A program made the position numbers and the translations under genes. 64,000 bases of DNA from a virus (taxonomy: Duplodnaviria > Heunggongvirae > Uroviricota > Caudoviricetes), in IMG/VR virus record IMGVR_UViG_3300012348_000120; one strand, written 5' to 3'. The first letter of the stretch is position 1. Each line of letters starts with the position of its first letter. The notes below the pieces were generated by a model. That model saw nothing but the letters and a program-made list of their open reading frames with translations, was not told where the DNA came from and did no database searches. Shown here in pieces: positions 58,640-64,000 of this stretch.

Positions 58640-58687
58640 AATATTTTGACGGTATTTGGTGACGCAGACCGACAACTGCTCCATAAA

Positions 58688-58764
58688 TGGTCGGGGTAAA
58701 AGGATTCGAACCCTTGACCTCTCGGACCCAAACCGAGCGCACTACCAGACTGTGCTACACCCCG
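58688..58764 (-). tRNA. tRNA-Pro(UGG)
   Basis: C1:G72, loop TT-TGG-GT, CCA. Confidence 0.94.
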
Positions 58765-58817
58765 TTGATTATTATAGTAATATACTACAATAAATGTTCT
58801 TTGTCAAGAACTAAATC

Positions 58818-58894
58818 TGGTCTGGGTAGTAGGATTTGAACCTACGGCCTCCGCAGTCCAAGTGCGGCACTCTACCAGACTGAGCCATACCCAG
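58818..58894 (-). tRNA. tRNA-Pro(UGG), A37 variant
   Basis: C1:G72, loop CT-TGG-AC, CCA. Confidence 0.88.
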
Positions 58895-58915
58895 ATAAAA
58901 ATTCATTTTTGCTAT

Positions 58916-58991
58916 TGGCTGGGAGGGGTGGGTTCGAACCACCAACCAACGGATTCAAAGTCCGCTACTCTACCAATTGAGCTACCTCCCA
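58916..58991 (-). tRNA. tRNA-Gln(UUG)
   Basis: U1:A72, G73, loop CT-TTG-AA. Confidence 0.92.
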
Positions 58992-59013
58992 ACATTCTTT
59001 GATTACAACAATA

Positions 59014-59168
59014 AGACAGTGACATGCAGCTACTATTTCCCTCAGAAACGTTTGGCTGTGTATGAAATGTTGTGTTAGACAGGGCTGTTTGCAGCTTTAA
59101 CGTAAATCATACACAAGTGCAGAGGATCGCACGGTCTTCCCTCACACGGGGAGATTACATCACTGTCT
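59014..59168 (-). ncRNA. unclassified long irregular hairpin RNA
   Basis: Nested stems AGACAGTGA/TCACTGTCT and TGTGTATGA/TCATACACA. Confidence 0.5.
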
Positions 59169-59258
59169 AATCTGAAATATGCGTCCATTTAGAGTTTGGA
59201 CAAACTTGGGGCTTCAAAAGCCACTCCACCACTTGCTTTTACAAAAGCAAGAAACATA

Positions 59259-59332
59259 TGGCGACCGATACGGGACTCGAACCCGTTTTACCTGGTAGAC
59301 AGCCAAGTGTAATACCCATATACCAATCGGCC
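59259..59332 (-). tRNA. tRNA-Asp(GUC), U37 variant
   Basis: Loop CT-GTC-TA, G73, CCA. Confidence 0.85.
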
Positions 59333-59339
59333 AAACGAT

Positions 59340-59516
59340 TTAGCGTTTGTTGGTTGCTACGTCACGAATGACTTCAAGTGCTTCTTCAAGTGAAAGAACA
59401 ACTACCTTGGCAGATGCCCAATCTTCATTTTCATCGTTTCCACGATATTCAATAATAAATCCATTGTCTGCAAAGGCAATAGACATATCCTCTACGTTTC
59501 TTGTTACTTCTGCCAT
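59340..59516 (-). CDS. small hypothetical protein
   Basis: Start MAEVT after GAGG; ADNGFII motif. Confidence 0.65.
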   Translation of the reverse strand: MAEVTRNVEDMSIAFADNGFIIEYRGNDENEDWASAKVVVLSLEEALEVIRDVATNKR

Positions 59517-59628
59517 TTTTTCCTCTAATGTTAATATGAGTGGCATTCCACCACTCTGTCAGGTTTGAGCACACGACTGTCTCGGCTTCAGACTTCCCGA
59601 ATCCTTACGGCAAAAATGCAGTTCACAG

Positions 59629-60324
59629 TTACGGGCTTTCACTCCCTGCATTCTTTTCTTTTGTCCACTGAACTATTAGATTTAAGTCTTTACCAGCAAG
59701 GGAATCTCTATTCAACTCATTTGACTGAGTGAGGGAAATCGGGCTTAAATCCTCATTGAAAAAGTGTTTACTCGTTACTTTAATCCACTCATTGAAATCT
59801 TCATCGTTTTCATAAACAATCTTGTTATGAGAAAACTTTTTGCTGAACATACTTTGAACTGGTTCGTATCTGAACATACCCAACAAGACTTTTGCTTGAT
59901 TGATTGCGTGTTCTTGTCTTCCATATCTTTCACCATATACTGAATAGTATGACCGTCCAGCATCGGCGTAAGTTACATATTTCTTTTTTATTAACTCAGG
60001 TATTGACAGATTATACCAAAACTGTTCAATCTTGTCAAATCTCTTTCTTTGTAGAAATGCTAACGCAATCGTCAACGATCTATATTCAAACGCATGATAG
60101 TGAAGTTTGTTATCCGCATAAGCAGCTACACCTTCGTGTCTTATACCTAACTTAGCAAGATAATGACCGCTCTTGTTTTCGCTTCCAAGTTTGTGTCCAT
60201 ATTCACGTTGGTATTTGTGTCCAGTTTTGTAGTAGCCACTTCTATCTTTTTTGAGTTCTTTGATTGTCTTTCGCAAGAACTCTTTACGGTGTTGCAGTTT
60301 GATTTTGAGTTCATTCGTGTTCAT
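59629..60324 (-). CDS. hypothetical protein
   Basis: 231 aa, ATGA-coupled to the upstream ORF. Confidence 0.7.
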   Translation of the reverse strand: MNTNELKIKLQHRKEFLRKTIKELKKDRSGYYKTGHKYQREYGHKLGSENKSGHYLAKLGIRHEGVAAYADNKLHYHAFEYRSLTIALAFLQRKRFDKIEQFWYNLSIPELIKKKYVTYADAGRSYYSVYGERYGRQEHAINQAKVLLGMFRYEPVQSMFSKKFSHNKIVYENDEDFNEWIKVTSKHFFNEDLSPISLTQSNELNRDSLAGKDLNLIVQWTKEKNAGSESP

Positions 60325-60581
60325 TTATCTTCTCCATTTTGAATCAAAGCCTCATTGGACTCCGTAATACTAAAGTAACAGTTCTTGATTTTAATCGCAC
60401 CTTTTGTGTGTGGATTATCAGGAGTTTCTTTAGTAGACCACCCTACTTCTGATATGACATGATCAACGTAAAAGGTTTGTCCTTTTGTTTTGATCACCCA
60501 CATTGGAATATTGGGGTCTTCAAGATGTTTCTTATTGAAGTGAAACACTAATTCGCTGACTTTGGTTTTTTCAATCTACAT
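60321..60581 (-). CDS. hypothetical protein with an in-frame UAG at codon 2
   Basis: AAAGGA SD then ATG TAG ATT GAA AAA..., in frame with the FHFNKKHLEDP...TKETPDNPHTKG ORF (track start 60548). Confidence 0.65.
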
Positions 60582-60690
60582 AGTTTATCCTTTCTGATTG
60601 AGTAGGTTACTGACGATCTAAATGGGTATTGGCATAGCCGCAGGGTTTCAGGTTCCTACTCGCTACTACAAACCCTTTTTCGCTTTATTT

Positions 60691-60767
60691 TGGTGGCCCT
60701 AGTGGGACTCGAACCCACGACCAATAGTTTTAGGGACTGCCGCTCTAACCAACTGAGCTACAGGGCC
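60691..60767 (-). tRNA. tRNA with CUA anticodon (putative amber suppressor)
   Basis: GGCCCTG acceptor, canonical D and T arms, loop CC-CTA-AA, ACCA end. Confidence 0.8.
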
Positions 60768-60784
60768 ATTGTATGAATGAGTGT

Positions 60785-61054
60785 TTACCCTATCGTTGCT
60801 CGGTATTCATTATGGTAAGTAACGAAATCCCAAGCTATTGTCGGAAGCGTTTGACCTCCACGGTTTTCATTTGAATACCACCTCGCATTACTTCGCGGTG
60901 TTACTACCACACTCAGAGGATACATTGATTTCAAGTCCCATACGACCACAATAGAGGCTCTTGCGAGTAGTCTACCGTCTAACCATATAGTGTTCTGCGC
61001 GTCTTTCCAATCCAACCAAGATAAACCCCGTTGGCGGTAGGAACTCAATGTATC
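60785..61054 (-). ncRNA. unclassified structured RNA
   Basis: Long-range stems GATACATTGA/TCAATGTATC and GGTATTCA/TGAATACC; GCAA tetraloop. Confidence 0.45.
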
Positions 61055-61079
61055 GTCAAAATGTGATTTCATTTTGTCA

Positions 61080-61925
61080 AGGCTGAGATTATACCTTGAG
61101 GTGAGTGCCTTCGGTCATTACCCAATCCCTTGCGAGGATGGTTCTACCTTTATCCACAAGAGTCGTTTCCGATCATCTTGTATCACTCAATGCGGCCTTT
61201 TTTGGAGAGTGGCATTTCTCTCGTCGCATACTGCTATTCATCCTTCCATCTTCCGTCAGCCTTGCGGGCTGTTCAAGGTCGCTAAACCCTTACGTCTTCT
61301 GTCGGAATAATCACGTCCACCTTGCGAGTTTCAGTGAACCATATTCTCTTGCGAGTATGGTATTACGCATCTTTCACAGTATACCGAGGCAGTCTTTCGC
61401 TTTTGTTTCAATAGCAGGAGTTGAACCCGCATTCGATCTCTTAGAAGGAGATTGCTTTACCATTAAGCAATATTGCGAACCTACTTCGATGTGCTGCCTC
61501 AGTTGCACCATACCTTGTTAGATACAGTATACAACACACCGACTGTCTTTTGCCTTGCGGGCTACTCAACGTCTTTTCAAGTATCCGGGGCCTAACCCTT
61601 CCACTCTCAAGATGCCATCATGCCTTTCCTTGCAGGGTCAGACTCTATGGCTACCTGTTGACCTTCAGTATTCGTTAGTTTGGCTGAAAACTGTTCGGAC
61701 GCCAATCCTCTTACCACTCACCGACTGGCTCTGTGGCTATCCTTTCAGACAGTTCTCCTAACTTACTACCTACCGCCTCTCTACAGACGGGACTTGCTTT
61801 CGGTTTAATCCGAGTCAAGTCTGGTTCAGGCTTGTATAGATGGACCATCGCTGGCGCAAGTTTATAGGAAACCTTGCTTTGGGTGCATTACTGCACTTAC
61901 CCTTATGGACGCTATACCGCCCAAT
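61080..61925 (-). ncRNA. GOLLD-like large structured RNA
   Basis: About 840 nt without a credible ORF, six GCAA-tetraloop hairpins, embedded tRNA-like element, own promoter, inside a phage tRNA cluster. Confidence 0.6.
61407..61477 (-). pseudogene. tRNA-Arg(UCU)-like element inside the large RNA
   Basis: D arm, anticodon arm CT-TCT-AA and T arm GGTTCAACT; only 5 acceptor pairs and no CCA. Confidence 0.7.
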
Positions 61926-61931
61926 CTCTAC

Positions 61932-61960
61932 ATCCTAACTCAATTCCGAAGAAGAGTCAA
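61932..61960 (-). promoter_or_regulatory. sigma70-type promoter of the large RNA
   Basis: TTGACT-17-TAGGAT with an upstream A-tract. Confidence 0.7.
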
Positions 61961-61969
61961 GGACTTTTT

Positions 61970-62353
61970 TTATTTTTTTGGAACAGGGCTATCAGTAAAG
62001 ACATCAGGATTTTCTTTACTTTTGCCGTTAGTGAGTTTAGTAACCTCAACATTCAATAGCTTTGCTGCTAGTGTGATGATTTCCATTTCTGCATCAGTAT
62101 ACGCAACCGCTATCATATTTTCAGCATATGCAGATTCTTGATCAAACTTATGAGGATTAGATGTATCTTTGGACGCAGCCGCCGCTGCAAATGCCACACT
62201 CATTCTATATTGAACGTATGGGTCAGTGCTACGGAGTTGCTTGAAGGCAACCATGTCAGGCAATGCATCTTTTATTTGATCAGAAACATTTCCTGCTTTG
62301 AAGTATTCTTTGTTTTCCAAAGATTCACTTATTATGTCTTTTATTTTCATCAA
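61970..62353 (-). CDS. probable internal head protein
   Basis: MKIKDIISES start; GGAGG SD; ATAAATA upstream. Confidence 0.7.
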   Translation of the reverse strand: MMKIKDIISESLENKEYFKAGNVSDQIKDALPDMVAFKQLRSTDPYVQYRMSVAFAAAAASKDTSNPHKFDQESAYAENMIAVAYTDAEMEIITLAAKLLNVEVTKLTNGKSKENPDVFTDSPVPKK

Positions 62354-62632
62354 TCAAGCCTCCGCTGATAATAGTATTTATCATTTAGAGACGACTGTAT
62401 TGGCTTTCCAGCTACCTTAGAAGCAAGCCATATTGGACATTGCTTTACATCACAACAGCTTTGAACTGAGAGATTGTGGCAACTAAGACTGGAAACTTGT
62501 GGTTGGCTCTACACGCATCGCCCCGTGCGATTTAACTGACTAGGTTGTTGTCAGGACCGAAATAGGGTGGAAACGTTATTACAAGTAACGCTTCCGTTAC
62601 TATCTATTATTATCCCCGATAGCGGGGGTATT

Positions 62633-62708
62633 TGGCTCCCAGTGCAGGGCTCGAACCTGCGACATTCTGATTAACAGTCAGACGCTCTACCAACTGAGCT
62701 AACTGGAA
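62633..62708 (-). tRNA. tRNA-Asn(GUU)
   Basis: Loop CT-GTT-AA, GCCA end. Confidence 0.94.
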
Positions 62709-62719
62709 ACATTCTAGCC

Positions 62720-62793
62720 ACAGCCCCCTACGGATTTTTACCGTCATATCCTTGTAAACCGCAAGGCGCATTCACAGTATGCTACGGGGCTGT
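62720..62793 (-). pseudogene. degenerate tRNA-like cloverleaf
   Basis: All four stems pair; T-loop TAAAAAT, anticodon loop CG-GTT-TA, no CCA. Confidence 0.55.
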
Positions 62794-62907
62794 TTGTAGT
62801 TTTTGGCTCTACCCACATTACATTAGGGCTACTTAGCTGCCTTTCACTTCTTTTGGCAGGACCGAGATTCTTGCGTCTTACGGAGTTATCCTCCTGCACT
62901 AGTGTTA

Positions 62908-62984
62908 TGGTAGGGGATGAGGGACTTGAACCCCCAACCGACCCGTTATGAGCGGGCTACTCTCACCAATTGAGCTAATCCCCC
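62908..62984 (-). tRNA. tRNA(CAU), Ile2 or elongator Met
   Basis: Loop CT-CAT-AA, ACCA end; lacks the initiator GGG/CCC anticodon stem. Confidence 0.88.
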
Positions 62985-63296
62985 AAAATATATTAGTTGC
63001 AACATGCTTTGGTCGACTCACCGATTCGAACGGTTAAGTAATACAGGTAGTATCCACATACCTAACGCCAAAGAACGCCTGTAACTCATGTTGCAATTCT
63101 GCTTTCAGCTACACTGCTTTTATATGCGGTAAGTGTTGTTTTACATGAACCAGACGAAACTGGATAACTTTCTTTTCCGCGAAGCGCCGCAGTGTATGTG
63201 AAAACAGATTTATGCAATCAGGTCTTACAGGTTTATCACCCCGCCTGATCTTTTGCTTTCAGGCCATCATCGCTTTCGCTAGGCCAGCATCGTAAA

Positions 63297-63308
63297 TTTT
63301 CAAAGAGC
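63297..63308 (-). promoter_or_regulatory. boxA-like antitermination element
   Basis: GCTCTTTGAAAA about 25 nt downstream of the -10 box. Confidence 0.65.
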
Positions 63309-63335
63309 GTGGAACACCGTTCCGATTACTTGTTT

Positions 63336-63570
63336 CTTATATCACGTTCGGTTTTCGTTGTCAAGAACTCTTTTCAACTTTTTTCGTCCGCGTTTCAGTT
63401 CCGAGCATCGTTCCTTTGTGTCCCGCTCTATGTTCTTAACTTAGCAAACTTTGTTTTCTTTGTCAAGAACTTTTTTTCTTTTTTTCACGGCTGCTTCTGG
63501 TTACTAGCCTTAGCCCTTCCGCGATATTCTTAACTTACCAAACTTTGTTTGATTCGTCAAGAACTTTTTT
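63336..63570 (-). promoter_or_regulatory. three tandem sigma70-type promoters
   Basis: TTGACA-17-TATAAG, TTGACA-17-TAAGTT and TTGACG-17-TAAGTT, each preceded by AAAAG(A)GTTC-type A-tracts. Confidence 0.8.
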
Positions 63571-63841
63571 CAGGTATCTGGTCGGCCACCAGCGGGAGAG
63601 ATTTTTCCCAAAATGTCAGCATACCAGTATCACAAAGAGTAACCTTCTGCCGCCCGATCTTTATCGCCTTATCGGACTTCCTGAATGTGACTATCGGAAT
63701 CGAACCGAATACTAGCGTATAAAGTATGAAACAGGGACTCCACAGAGGCTAACTATTTGCCAAATAACTTTCATCACAGAGAAGCTAACCGTGTCCTCTC
63801 GCGGGTCTATTACGTGACCATCCGATGTTTCCATATATAGT

Positions 63842-63870
63842 AATATAGTTCATTACGTATAGATTGTCAA
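63842..63870 (-). promoter_or_regulatory. sigma70-type promoter
   Basis: TTGACA-17-TATATT. Confidence 0.75.
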
Positions 63871-63875
63871 CATAT

Positions 63876-63912
63876 AAAAACCAAAAACCCCCAACTTTTC
63901 AGTTGAGGGTTC
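63876..63912 (-). terminator. intrinsic terminator
   Basis: AACCCTCAACT-GAAA-AGTTGGGGGTT followed by T-runs. Confidence 0.75.
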
Positions 63913-64000
63913 TTGAAACTTCGGTCTTCCAGCCTACTTACGTCTCACATCCCCCCAAGGCACACGTTATCCTCTGGATTATTACCCAGTCCTTGTGCCT

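Noticed and set aside
60691-60767. tRNA-Pyl / pyrrolysine system
   Set aside because: The tRNA has a canonical D-loop, T-loop and 5-bp anticodon stem, unlike tRNA-Pyl, and no pylSBCD-like genes are recognisable.
63600-63720. RNase P RNA or tmRNA
   Set aside because: Only a partial CAGGAAGTCCG resemblance is present. I found no matching P4 3' strand, tag peptide or alanine acceptor stem.

Overview
This 64 kb window looks like part of a large T4-related (jumbo-type) dsDNA phage genome, probably infecting an alphaproteobacterium. The host call is inferred from GANTC-bearing sigma70-type promoters. Four blocks are visible. (1) About 0.2-28 kb is a tightly packed modification cluster: ten radical SAM enzymes, a carbamoyltransferase, glycosyltransferase-like proteins, FkbM methyltransferases, a 2OG-Fe(II) oxygenase, a PLP aminotransferase, a HAD phosphatase, a kinase and two QueC-like PP-loop proteins. 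(2) About 28-44.6 kb, minus strand, holds replication and metabolism genes: thyA, HNH, a MoxR/VWA pair, RNase H, metK, sliding clamp, DNA methyltransferase, family B polymerase and a DsbA-like protein. (3) About 44.7-55.4 kb holds probable head-packaged proteins, including a 1936-aa multi-module polyprotein. (4) About 57-64 kb is a minus-strand RNA operon with 15 tRNAs, two tRNA-like elements, a GOLLD-like ~840-nt RNA and several unclassified structured RNAs, driven by rrn-like tandem promoters with a boxA. The most striking observations are: a CUA-anticodon tRNA directly upstream of a gene whose codon 2 is an in-frame UAG; a DNA methyltransferase sharing the polymerase's C-terminal putative clamp-binding peptide (DNLFEF); the 10-member radical SAM cluster with a phage-encoded SAM synthetase; and the GNAT/ParB/RNase-like polyprotein. 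All calls come from motif recognition by eye. No database searches or folding programs were run.
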